NCBI RefSeq assembly: GCF_902652985.1 | Contig: NC_047017.1 | Span: 40,982,001 to 41,046,000 of the forward strand | DNA length: 64,000 bases | Source: Pecten maximus | Taxonomy: Eukaryota | Direction of reading: 5' to 3' | Shown here: one piece after another, positions 52,651 to 64,000 of the stretch | Layout: each line of letters starts with the position of its first letter | Position numbering within the stretch: the first letter of the stretch is position 1 | The notes under the pieces: generated by a model | Databases searched by the model: none | Told to the model about the DNA's origin: nothing | What the model saw: the letters and a program-made list of their open reading frames with translations, nothing else | Position numbers and translations under genes: made by a program

Positions 52651-53901
52651 TTAGAGAGGTGCACCACAATTCTCCAACAAGCAAAACTGCCACCCAGAAT
52701 CTATTGTACTTGGTGAATTCCTGGAGTAAGCTCCCCTACATAACAATCATGCTCCTGGTTTATTTTGCCAATATAACTATTTTGAGAGGTTGGGCTGTTA
52801 AACAAAATCAACATTTAGATAATTATGATCGTTATTAGAGCAGTCTGTGGTTTTAGTATGTTATATGGCCATGTTTGACACCGCATTGCTGTATTTACAC
52901 AGGGATTCGTGTTCGATACCACGTTGTTATTATGACTTTTGCAAGGATATTAAATGTATGTGCTGGATATAAGTTCAATAACTTGTGTCCAATCATTCCA
53001 TTGTTTTAAAACAATGAAACAACGATAAATATTCAATAACCCCAATCTCATTACAATGCACATTATCATTATACAATACGTTGATGATGATCCGTGTTTT
53101 AATTAGATTTCTATATCCCGCACGACATATTACAACTTCATATTATCAAAGATTCTGAGGTCGATTTCCTTATTTTTCTACGGTAATAATTCAACAACAC
53201 ACGTGCAAAGATATCCACATACGTTTGTATATGGGATAAGTAATAAAGATACTTAAAAGGACAAAAAACTATATTTGAAAGTTTCATGCATGACATATCA
53301 CACACAACATCTATCAATATGTTAACATCTAAACATGTGTGATGTTTTGTAGAATCTTATGATTTGTACATACCTAATAGACACAGCGATACCATTAGAC
53401 ATGTGATTACTAAGTTAACTAGTAATTATTTATGAGTGTTGGTTCTGAGTCACCCCAGTCGGAGTAGACATTGTGGTTTGTATGATCATGCTGAGGAAGT
53501 TGTCACTTTATGTGTTATGGTTTAGTAGGCTCACGTATCCAATACTGTAGGTATCATACATTATAATCAATGATCAATACGTGGGAGGAAAAATCGTTTG
53601 CAAGAGTTAGTATTATATAAGGATTATATAATGACACAACATTCAACAACATAAAGGGATAGGGAGAGAACTACTAAAAATACAAAATGAGTACAGCGAA
53701 ACCACAAAATAATCAAAAGTATTTTAAAAATCACGAACCAAGTTCAAGTAATACGAAAACCTTAAAACAGACAAAATAGAATATTAATTATCACGTAAAG
53801 TAGCAAAAATATCAATAATACCGAACGTTATAGACCAAACCGAGTTATTAAGTATAATGAACTCTAAAGTACTTATGGACCATCAAAACAAACTGAGGTC
53901 A

Positions 53902-54780
53902 TGTTAGTGTGTGTGTTGTGTGTGTGTTAGTGTGTGTGTTGTGTATGTGTTTGTGTGTGTGTTGTGTGTTAGTGTGTGTGTTGTGTATGTGTTTGTGTGT
54001 GAGGTCTGTGTGTGTATGTGATATATGTGTTTGTGTATGTGTTGTGTGTGTGTTAGTGTGTGTGTTGTGTATGTGTTTGTGTGTGAGGTCTGTGTGTGTA
54101 TGTGATATATGTGTTTGTGTATGTGTTGTGTGTGTGTTAGTGTGTGTGTTGTGTATGTGTTTGTGTGTGAGGTCTGTGTGTGTATGTGATATATGTGTTT
54201 GTGTATGTGTTGTGTGTGTGTTAGTGTGTGTGTTGTGTATGTGTTTGTGTGTGAGGTCTGTGTGTGTATGTGATATATGTGTTTGTGTGTGTGTTGTGTG
54301 TGTGTTAGTGTGTGTGTTGTGTATGTGTTTGTGTGTGAGGTCTGTGTGTGTATGTGATATATGTGTTTGTGTATGTGTTGTGTGTGTGTTAGTGTGTGTG
54401 TTGTGTATGTGTTTGTGTGAGGTCTGTGTGTGTATGTGATATATGTGTTTGTGTATGTGTTGTGTGTGTGTTAGTGTGTGTGTTGTGTATGTGTTTGTGT
54501 GTGAGGTCTGTGTGTGTATGTGATATATGTGTTTGTGTATGTGTTGTGTGTGTGTTAGTGTGTGTGTTGTGTATGTGTTTGTGTGTGAGGTCTGTGTGTG
54601 TATGTGATATATGTGTTTGTGTATGTGTTGTGTGTGTGTTAGTGTGTGTGTTGTGTATGTGTTTGTGTGTGAGGTCTGTGTGTGTATGTGATATATGTGT
54701 TTGTGTGTGTGTTAGTGTGTGTGTTTGTGTGTGTGGTGTGTGTGTGTTAGTGTGTGTGTTGTGTGTGTGTTAGTTTGTGT
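53902..54780. repeat. (GT)n-derived compound microsatellite with an 84-bp higher-order unit
   Basis: The GAGGTC marker recurs every ~84 bp (54001, 54085, 54169...). Confidence 0.93.
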
Positions 54781-54889
54781 TTCCGTAAACTTACAACACA
54801 TACATACCGTCAATACATGTAAACTTTATTTATTTTACAATAATTGGAAACAAGATATATTAGCTCATATTAATCACATGTCTTGGCCC

Positions 54890-55052
54890 GGATGGAGGGC
54901 GTGAAGGGTCTTACTGTGGGAGATAACCGGAGTAACCGGGGAAAACCCACGTGGTCGGGCAGGTGACCCCTATAACCTTTTCACGTCCGATCGGGGAATC
55001 GAACCCCGGCTCCCTAGGTGAAAGGCAAGTGTGTTACCTTCTGTGTCACCCA
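54890..55052 (-). mobile_element. tRNA-derived V-domain SINE
   Basis: Minus strand reads GGTAACACACTTGCCTTTCACCTAGGGAGCCGGGGTTCGATTCCCC (B box), then the V-domain-like CCACGTGGGTTTTCCCCGGTTACTCCGG. Related fragments at 56775-56850 (+) and 60568-60665 (+). Confidence 0.78.
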
Positions 55053-55609
55053 ATACGGTAGCAAAACTGAATGGGTTTACACAGCAATGGTATACACTAT
55101 TGCTTATGTCCATCAGAAGTATGTAATAGGTAGGTTAACGATTTGTATTAGAATAACGATTACTCATTGAGGGTTTCAGAAACTAGAAACAATCAGTCTG
55201 AAGTATCTCTCTACGACACACTAGAAACACTGCCATAAGTGTTATATATCAATGTTGTACCCTATTACAACGTGTCTTGTTGAATAGTGTATAAGATCAG
55301 AAATTAATATGTAAGCACTTTCCCTTTCACATCCAAGCACAGGTGCCTGACTCGTTTGATAAAATAATAACATATAGAGTACATAAAAATGAGAAAGGTT
55401 CTGAACTCCCCCAGGCTTGAAATCTGATGTATTTCTTTCTCACTTATATGTACTCTATATGTTATTATTTTATAAAACGAGTCAGGCACCTGTGATCCAA
55501 GTAACAACTGGGGAACAGCGAGCATTGTTTAAACTGGAAACAATTTAATGTGTAAAAGTTAACTATCATCATATTTACATCTTATAGGATCAAATTGAAC
55601 AGAGAACAC

Positions 55610-56060
55610 GCCATACATACCACCAACAGACAAGTCGGACACTAAGATATAAGTATGCCATCTACAAACCATACAACCAAAAGACAAGTCGGACACTAAG
55701 ATATAAGTATGCCGTCTATAAACCATACCACCAAAAGACAAGTCGGACACTAAGATATATAAACCATACCATCCAAAGACAAGTCGGACACTAAGATATA
55801 AGTATGCCATCTATAAACCATTCCGAAAAGACAAGTCGGACACTAAGATATAAGTATGCCATCTATAAACCATACCATCAAAAGACAAGTCGGACACTAA
55901 GATATAAGTATGCCATCTATAAACCATACCAATAAAAGACAAGTCGGACACTAAGATGTAAGTATGACATCTATAAACCATACAACCAAAAGACAAGTCG
56001 GACACTAAGATATAAGTATGCCGTCTATAAACCATACCATCAAAAGACATGTCGGACACT
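55610..56060. repeat. ~54-bp minisatellite (AAAGACAAGTCGGACACTAAGATATAAGTATGCCATCTATAAACCATACC..)
   Basis: Unit read directly. Confidence 0.92.
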
Positions 56061-56912
56061 AATTTCAAGGCCGCTTGTTGCTTAAGCTTTATTGCGCATT
56101 AAATAAAAGTTGGTTGTCTGCCAAATTTACAGAGTTATATTAATATAAATAAAGCTCTGATACGTGTTTTAGACAAGTTCTCATTGATACGTGGTCCGAT
56201 AATCACCCACACTAAAGGTAATCTTAGTGATGTAGGCGTTTTCTTAAACAACATGTAGGCCATCTGTGAGCAGGTCGTCCGATGTGTATTGATGACCAGT
56301 TAACATTGTACCGACTGACAGCTACACAATACCCACACTGTAAATGGTAACTTTATCTCTTTTGTTTGTTATTAACTTTATATATCTTGTCCCTATCATG
56401 TTAACCAAATAAAACAGCACAATCACGTTGCATAATTTTAGCCTATCTGTATTTTCCATTTTAGGAGACAGAAATATGTCCGTGTAACTAAATTTAGACT
56501 CTGTGGTTCCCAGTACGTGTGTTGTACATGTGTTGCGTACATGTGATAATATACATGGATTTTGTAACATGCAAATTGATAGTGATATGTTTTTATCATA
56601 TTGTCTACCTTATCTAATAGTAGGAAGTAGGATATTCGGGTACGAAGTCCAGTAATAGGGTAGGTGTATTGACAAGCTGCTGGACTTATGACAAGAGCAA
56701 TCGTCACGAACTGAAAGACAAAAAAACCATCGACCAAATTACACCGACAAAAAGGATCATAATTTGGTATTAAGTGGGTGGTCGGGTGACACAGCGGTAC
56801 CTCATGCACTTGCCATTTACCTAGACAGCCGGGGTTCGATTCTCCGATTTTATTACTCTAAGTACATATACTCTCGGCTATAACCTCCATTGGAATATCA
56901 GTTATACATTTT

Positions 56913-57135
56913 GGGGCCGCGGTGGCCGAGTGGTTAAGGTGTCCCGACACTTTAATGCTAGCCTTCCACCTCTGGGTTGCGAGTTCGAAACCTACGTGGG
57001 GCAGTTGCCAGGTACTGACCGTATGCCGGTGGTTTTCTCCGGGTTCTCCGGCTTTCCTCCACCTCCAAACCTGGCACGTCCTTAAATGACCCTGGCTGTT
57101 AATAGGACGTTTAACAAAAACCAACCAAACCAACC
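56913..57135 (+). mobile_element. Full-length tRNA-derived SINE with V-like central domain and (AACC)n tail
   Basis: A box TGGCCGAGTGG, B box GAGTTCGAAAC, central GGTTTTCTCCGGGTTCTCCGGCTTTCCTCC, tail AAACCAACCAAACCAACC. CCATTGGAATAT is repeated on both flanks. Confidence 0.85.
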
Positions 57136-57451
57136 ATTGGAATATACAAAAGTACCCTCCCCACCCCTCCAACGTAAAGGACTCTCCTAAAGGACACCCC
57201 CTTCATAGGCCTGTGCCATTATCCATCTTTTAACTTTTCACCATCATAACATCATAACTACACCCTCACTCCTAACAAATAGAAACAATCTTACTCTAAA
57301 CACTATAATATGAGCATATCACCATATATATCTACTCGCTGTCTACTTCCATTTTAAACTTTCATCCTCTTCTAAAATTCACACTATTTACTCCACTATC
57401 AGATGAAATAAAACTGTCAGCACAGTGGGCAAATCTGAAGGGGAAAGTCAC

Positions 57452-57568
57452 AGATTGGTAACATAAGATTGGTAACATAAGATTGGTAACATAAGATTGG
57501 TAACATGAGATTGGTAACATGAGATTGGTAACATGAGATTGGTAACATAAGATTGGTAACATAAGATT
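57452..57568. repeat. 14-bp tandem repeat (GATTGGTAACATAA)
   Basis: Unit read directly. Confidence 0.9.
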
Positions 57569-57679
57569 GCGGATGTTTCGAACACAATATAACACACTGT
57601 GCTAGAACGGAATAACGTAAAAGGACAACAAAAATATATCTCTATAAATCACACTCATGTTTCTAACTACGAACTACTA

Positions 57680-57830
57680 ATCCCCAGTCCGTCGGATGGG
57701 ATATAAAACGTCGGCCCGTGTGGAAATGTCCAACCCGCACGAAAAGAACCCTTTGTGGTTATTGGGTAAAGAGACGTGGCGTGGCGGATGACCAATATGC
57801 AAACATACCGGTCATTTTGGCGTAATTTTG
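57680..57830 (+). mobile_element. Meta-domain SINE fragment (second piece at 58058-58095)
   Basis: CCAGTCCGTCGGATGGGGATATAAAACGTCGGCCCGTG...CACGAAAAGAACCC resembles the MetaSINE central domain. Confidence 0.5.
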
Positions 57831-58099
57831 CCGCTCAACTTTGCTTTTTAAATGTGTATTTATGTGTTTTTTAAGTTCATTTTAATAAAATAATACTGAA
57901 GGTCACCCAGAGAGGTGAACCCAAATATTTTGCCATGATTCTGTGTCATTGTAATCTGTATATAAAGCAAACAAAGCTCGCAGCATTTAAGGTATTTATA
58001 CATCATATGACAAAGAAGTGGAGTAAGTTTTTCCCTGCCATGGGAAAACTGAGAGCAAAAAGAACCCTTTGTGGTTATTCGGTAAAGAGACGGTGTGAT

Positions 58100-60260
58100 A
58101 ACGCCGGCCCAGAGGTTAGGGTTAGCTAATACGCCGGCCCAGAGGTTAGGGTTAGCCAATACACCGGCCCAGAGGTTAGGGTTAGCTAATACACCGACCC
58201 AGAGGTAAGGGTTAGCTAATACGCCGGCCCAGATGTTAGGGTTAGCCAATACGCCGGCCCAGAGGTTAGGGTTAGCCAATACACCGGCCCAAATGTTAGG
58301 GTTAGCCAATACGCCGGCCCAAATGTTAGGGTTAGCCAATACACCGGCCCAGAGATGAAGGTTAGCCAATACACCGGCCCAGAGGTAAGGGTTAGCCAAT
58401 ACACCGGCCCAGAGGTAAGGGTTAGCCAATACACCGGCCCAGATGTTAGGGTTAGTCAATACACCGGCCCAGATGTTAGGGTTAGCTAATACACCGGCCC
58501 AGATGTAAGGGTTAGTCAATACACCGGCCCAGAGGTAAGGGTTAGCCAATACACCGGCCCAGAGGTAAGGGTTAGCCAATACACCGGCCCAGATGTTAGG
58601 GTTAGTCAATACACCGGCCCAGATGTTAGGGTTAGCTAATACACCGGCCCAGATGTTAGGGTTAGCTAATACGCCGGCCCAGAGGTTAGGGTTAGCCAAT
58701 ACACCGGCCCAGATGTTAGGGTTAGCTAATACGCCGGCCCAGATGTTAGGGTTAGTCAATACACCGGCCCAGATGTTAGGGTTAGCTAATACACCGGCCC
58801 AGATGTTAGGGTTAGCTAATACGCCGGCCCAGATGTTAGGGTTAGCCAATACACAGGCCCAGAGGTTAGGGTTAGCAAATACACCGGCCCAGAGATGAAG
58901 GTTAGCCAATACGCCGGCCCAGATGTTAGGGTTAGCCAATACACCGGCCCAGATGTTAGGGTTAGCTAATACGCCGGCCCAGATGTTAGGGTTAGCCAAT
59001 ACACCGGCCCAGATGTTAGGGTTAGCTAATACGCCGGCCCAGATGTTAGGGTTAGCCAATACACCGGCCCAGATGTTAGGGTTAGCTAATACACCGGCCC
59101 AGATGTTAGGGTTAGCTAATACGCCGGCCCAGATGTTAGGGTTAGCCAATACACAGGCCCAGAGGTTAGGGTTAGCCAATACACAGGCCCAGAGGTTAGG
59201 GTTAGCCAACACACCGACCCAGATGTTAGGGTTAGTCAATACACCGACCCAGAGGTTAGGGTTAGCCAATACACAGGCCCAGAGGTTAGGGTTAGCCAAT
59301 ACACCGGCCCAGATGTTAGGGTTAGGGAATACACCGGCCCAGATGTTAGGGTTAGGGAATACACCGGCCCAGATGTAAGGGTTAGCCAATACACCGGCCC
59401 AGATGTTAGGGTTAGCAAATACACCGGCCCAGATGTTAGGGTTAGCCAATACACCGGCCCAGATGTTATGGTTAGCTAATACGCCGGCCCAGATGTAATG
59501 GTTAGCCAATACACCGACCCAGAGGTTAGGGTTAGCAAATACACCGGCCCAGATGTTAGGGTTAGCCAATACACCGGCCCAGAGGTTAGGGTTAGCCAAT
59601 ACACCGGCCCAGAAGTTAGGGTTAGCCAATACACCGGACCAGATGTTAGGGTTAGCCAATACGCCTACTCAGAGGTTAGGGTTAGTCAATACACCGGTCC
59701 TGAGGTTAGGGTTAGCAAATACACCGGCCCAGATGTAAGGGTTAGTCAATACACCGGCCCAGAGGTAAGGGTTAGCCAATACACCGGCCCAGAGGTTAGG
59801 CTTAGCTAATACGCCGGCCCAGAGGTTAGGGTTAGCCAATACACCGGTCCAGATGTTAGGGTTAGCTAATACGCCGGCCCAGAGGTTAGGGTTAGCTAAT
59901 ACGCCGGCCCAGAGGTTAGGGTTAGTCAATACACCGGTCCTGAGGTTAGGGTTAGCTAATACGCCGGCCCAGAGGTTAGGTTTAGCTAATACTTCGGCCC
60001 AGACGTTAGGGTTAGCCAATACACCGGCCCAGAGGTTAGGGTTAGCTAATACGCCGGCCCAGAGGTTAGGGTTAGCCAATACACCGGTCCAGATGTTAGG
60101 GTTAGCTAATACGCCGGCCCAGAGGTTAGGGTTAGCTAATACGCCGGCCCAGAGGTTAGGGTTAGTCAATACACCGGTCCTGAGGTTAGGGTTAGCTAAT
60201 ACGCCGGCCCAGAGGTTAGGGTTAGTCAATACACCGGTCCTGAGGTTAGGGTTAGCTAAT
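58100..60260. repeat. 30-bp GC-rich satellite (AATACACCGGCCCAGATGTTAGGGTTAGCC) with an embedded telomeric motif, ~72 copies
   Basis: Exact 30-bp period across 2.16 kb; GTTAGGGTTAG in most units. Confidence 0.97.
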
Positions 60261-60567
60261 AATTAAGTACTGTATTATAAGGACGTTAAGAAGGACTTAT
60301 AGAAATAAACAACAGGACATCCGAGGTAACGTGTCTAATCAGAACTAAGATAGGACAATTTTTGGATAAGGAGTAGCCTTCAAAATTATACAAAATATTC
60401 TATGTTAGATACAGGAGACGTCTCCCCAATTTCCCCAATCTCCTCTCTCTAACTCCTTCACTCGCCTGTCACTCCATACTATATCTATTCTTCTCATTTT
60501 CCTATCTTCTCTCGCCCACTGAAAGAACGTAATAGCGGGCGGTAAACAAGTAAATGATAATAATAAT

Positions 60568-60665
60568 GATTCCCCGATCGGACGTGGAATGGTATGGGGT
60601 TCATTTGCCCGACCACGTGGGGTTTTCCGGGTACTCCGGTTTCCTCCCACAGTAAGTCCCCTCGC
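60568..60665 (+). mobile_element. 5'-truncated V-domain SINE fragment
   Basis: GATTCCCCGATCGGACGTG...CCGACCACGTGGGGTTTTCCGGGTACTCCGGTTTCCTCCCACAGTAAG matches the 54890-55052 copy. Confidence 0.75.
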
Positions 60666-60954
60666 GCTAATATAAGTTGATGTAAGATAAAGTTTACATT
60701 TACATTAGTACATCTTGCAACGCAAGGCTCTATATCGGGGAAACCATATATTGATAACTGCTGCTTTAACAAGAATACTATGCATTCCGTATATGCATTT
60801 AGGATATATACATTTAGCATATGTACATTTACTTCCATCCAAATGTTTTCGGCTCTTTACATTTATTAGGGAGAATAACAATGCTATCCAGTATTTACAA
60901 TGACATTGTAATATGTGTCCATGTATATTATGAGATTGTAACGGATGGCATTGT

Positions 60955-61640
60955 AATGTTTGACCTTGTAACGTATGACATGGTAACGTGTGACCTTATA
61001 ACGTATGACATTACAACGTATGACATGGTAACATGTGACCTTGTAACGTATGACCTTATAACGTATGACATGGTAACGTGTGACCTTGTAACGTAAGACA
61101 TGGTAACGTATGACCTTACAAGGTATGGCATGGTAACGTGTGACCTTATAACGTATGACCTTACAACATATGGCATGGTAACGTGTGACCATGTAACGTA
61201 TGACCTTATAACGTATGACATGGTAACGTGTGACCTTATAACGTATGACATGGTAACATGTGACCTTGTAACGTATGACATGGTAACGTGTGACCTTGTA
61301 ACGTATGACATGGTAACGTGTGACCTTATAACATATGACATGGTAACGTGTGACCTTGTAACGTATGACATGGTAACGTGTGACTTTGTAACGTATGACA
61401 TGGTAACGTGTGACCTTACAACGTATGACATGGTAACGTGTGACCTTATAACGTACGACATGGTAACGTGTGACTTTATAACATATGACATGGTAACGTG
61501 TGACCTTGTAACGTATGACATGGTAACGTGTGACCTTACAACGTATGACCTTACAACGTATGACATGGTAACGTGCGACCTTGTAACGTAAGACATGGTA
61601 ACGTGTGACCTTATAACGTATGACCTTACAACGTATGACG
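60955..61640. repeat. 30-bp satellite built from 15-bp subunits (TATGACATGGTAACG/TGTGACCTTGTAACG)
   Basis: Unit read directly. Confidence 0.93.
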
Positions 61641-64000
61641 TTGTGAAGTATGACGTGTTGACATGTTACCATGTATGGTATTTTAATTGTGCTTTTGAGC
61701 CACGATAACACAATAAATGCAAATGTATCATTTCCATTTGTCAAACACATTTTTGTGGTTAAATATATTCTATTGCCAAGCAGATTTATCATAATCTGTG
61801 TTTACATCATAAATACATTTTGTTGAAACTTAATTCGTGAGAACTATGTCATCATCAGTAGTAGTGTTTATTTAAGTATACCAGTTGATTTAACAGTGAT
61901 TTGAACTGAATCCCTAAGTACTTTGTTACTGCTCCAGATATATTATAATGCTAATCACTTAAATGTGAAATATCACGATCTATAAAACGTTCTCACAAAT
62001 ACATCAAACACTCAGCTACCTTTACAGGATCATATCAGAAATGTGCTATCATAACTTCGTTTCAACACCTAAAATAAATTATTTTAATCGAAACCATGAA
62101 ATAAACAGCTTAACACCATGGTTTAGATACACATATCATTTTGAGATCCTGTCAACCCTCTGTCTTCATCAGGCGTGGCAGTTTACCACGTACCGTCGTA
62201 GTATTTTAAATTGGTACTCCTGTACCTATTCTGTGTTTACTTGGTATTTGAATGATAATTCTATATTTACTCATTGGCATTGACTACAATTTAACGTCAT
62301 CATTTGGTATTCATTTTTTCTCTCATGGCATCCACTCGTAGTCATTTAAGCATTGGAATGCTTTCAGTTGGCATCCATGTCCACGAATGGCAACTGAAGG
62401 TAGTTCCATACTGTTATTTATCACTTGTGATTTTAAATCTCATTTCTCCACCTATTCATTAACGGAATTCAAATTTTCGCGCCTGCATTGCCCACGAGTC
62501 CTGTCAACCGGCTATCCGTTTTCTTCCGCTTAAAAATAGCGCGTAGAACAATAGAATATACTTTCCGCTTAAAAATAGCGCGTGGAACAATAGAATATAC
62601 AATAATGCAATACTAATATAAAATACTATTAACATTAGGATGAGACATATTATGATTGTTTAATTAAATTTTCTACGGCAGGAGGTTTATATTCTACTCT
62701 TTTATTTTTCCGAGGGCGCAGATGTATATTCATACGCCGGTTGGCAGTTATGGGTTGGAAACGACAACCTACAGTGGGTAAGGTCATATATAGTGGCAAT
62801 GCCATAGAGTGGTAAATATTTGTTATAAGCATGAACATGCGAAACGTCTCAATCTATTTGGGGGAATAATATACCTGCATCCTCCAAAACATTTTGGCAA
62901 TACAGATCTTTCTTCATTTCTTTTCATAAGAAATCTTAACTAGGGTAGCTTACATTTGATTGGAGTCCCATCTACAAACTGTTAAATGACTCATATGTAA
63001 CATAAAATTGTTTGGCTCTCCCAGTTCAGATGATCTCCACAGTATGGTGACCTATTGTAACCTAGCCAGCATTTTGTTGTGGTAAAAAACGACCAGGAAA
63101 TATTCTCGAGTTTTCCTAATCATGATGTAGCTTATAGTTTTCTGTACACAACAAATATCTGGCAAAGGGCGGGTTTCCTAAATGGTCCCTCGTTTGTTTT
63201 GATTTTCTTTTGCTGGTTTGTTGAACAAGTAAAATTTATTTGAAAACTTAGTTTTTTATGGCACATTGAAGTAACAACCACCAACTGGTTAAAACAAATG
63301 TTAGATTTACAATTAACAATCTAATCGAATAATGCACAACGACGAGTTCACATTCAAGGCCACAACTTGCCGTAGAATTATGTTTGAAATGAGAAACTTG
63401 CAGAATAAACTATATTACGAGTGTTGAATGCACAAAGTATTGCTTTGGCCAAGTAAAGGTTACATAATGAGCTATTGATAATATATGTAGAATGAAATAT
63501 TAAAATGTAGGTGGAGCTACATTAAAATTGGGATGTTATGACAATTTCTATGGTTATCCTGAAAACTAACAAAAACAACAATAATAATTATAAGATATGA
63601 TGGGAATAGTAGGCATTTAATACAAACGTTTATAAATACTTGTTCCTTTAAAATATCCAAGATGGCCACCTTAAGGTTTTATTGGTTGAACATGTCGTCA
63701 CTTATAAACTACTTTTCGTCATTCAATATTGGCGTATTACTATTTCGGATTATTTGTTTATTTGTTTGTACAGTTAACAGCTAAGGCAGTAACGTATAAT
63801 CTTTGAGAAGACAGAATGTTACATATCCTTATACTGACAACAGTAACGTCTATTGGAGATCCAAGATTTCAAGTTGTGTTCCAAATAAATGATCAGCATA
63901 GGTTTTATACTTTTAAATGCTTCATTCTATTCCAAGCTCTTCCTGAAGTTCTTTGCTCGTGGTTACAGTGGTAGTCAAGGTACTACAGTGTGCTGAATAT

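Noticed and set aside
52018-54773. Long ORFs over the 30-bp and GT-rich repeats
   Set aside because: Pure satellite translations with no splice or domain support.
56913-57000. tRNA gene
   Set aside because: A and B boxes are present but the cloverleaf is broken, and it continues into a SINE body and tail.
57860-60266. 599-aa decapeptide-repeat protein, true telomere or telomerase RNA gene
   Set aside because: A stop-free 30-bp unit gives long ORFs by default. There is no contiguous (TTAGGG)n, unique sequence continues on both sides, and no pseudoknot or H/ACA features were seen.
60884-61792. 302-aa and 222-aa repeat ORFs
   Set aside because: Translations of a 15/30-bp satellite.

Overview
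Eukaryotic, AT-rich, repeat-dense animal genomic DNA. The tRNA-headed V- and Meta-type SINEs and the MITE types suggest a bivalve mollusc (inference). Two spliced minus-strand genes were reconstructed by hand from GT-AG junctions: FCF1/UTP24 (exons 1-7 at 13708-4000; the last exon lies beyond the left edge) and a 13-exon LRRC74-family leucine-rich-repeat gene (47272-26625). The most striking object is a very young 5,344-bp Mutator (MULE)-type DNA transposon in FCF1 intron 1 (7804-13147; 506-bp TIRs; 9-bp TSD TATATGGCT). Its single long ORF fuses an SGNH/GDSL-type esterase, a ~480-aa Pro/Thr mucin-like stalk with a basic NLS, a SUMO-like QIGG motif, a CG-1-like DNA-binding domain and an internally deleted MULE DDE core. 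It continues into a Ulp1-tail-like motif and, after a 1-nt frameshift, a PHD finger. The rest is decayed LINEs, a Penelope fragment, nested hairpin MITEs, SINEs and many minisatellites, including a 30-bp satellite carrying GTTAGGGTTAG in most units. All domain and family assignments come from motif recognition, not database searches.
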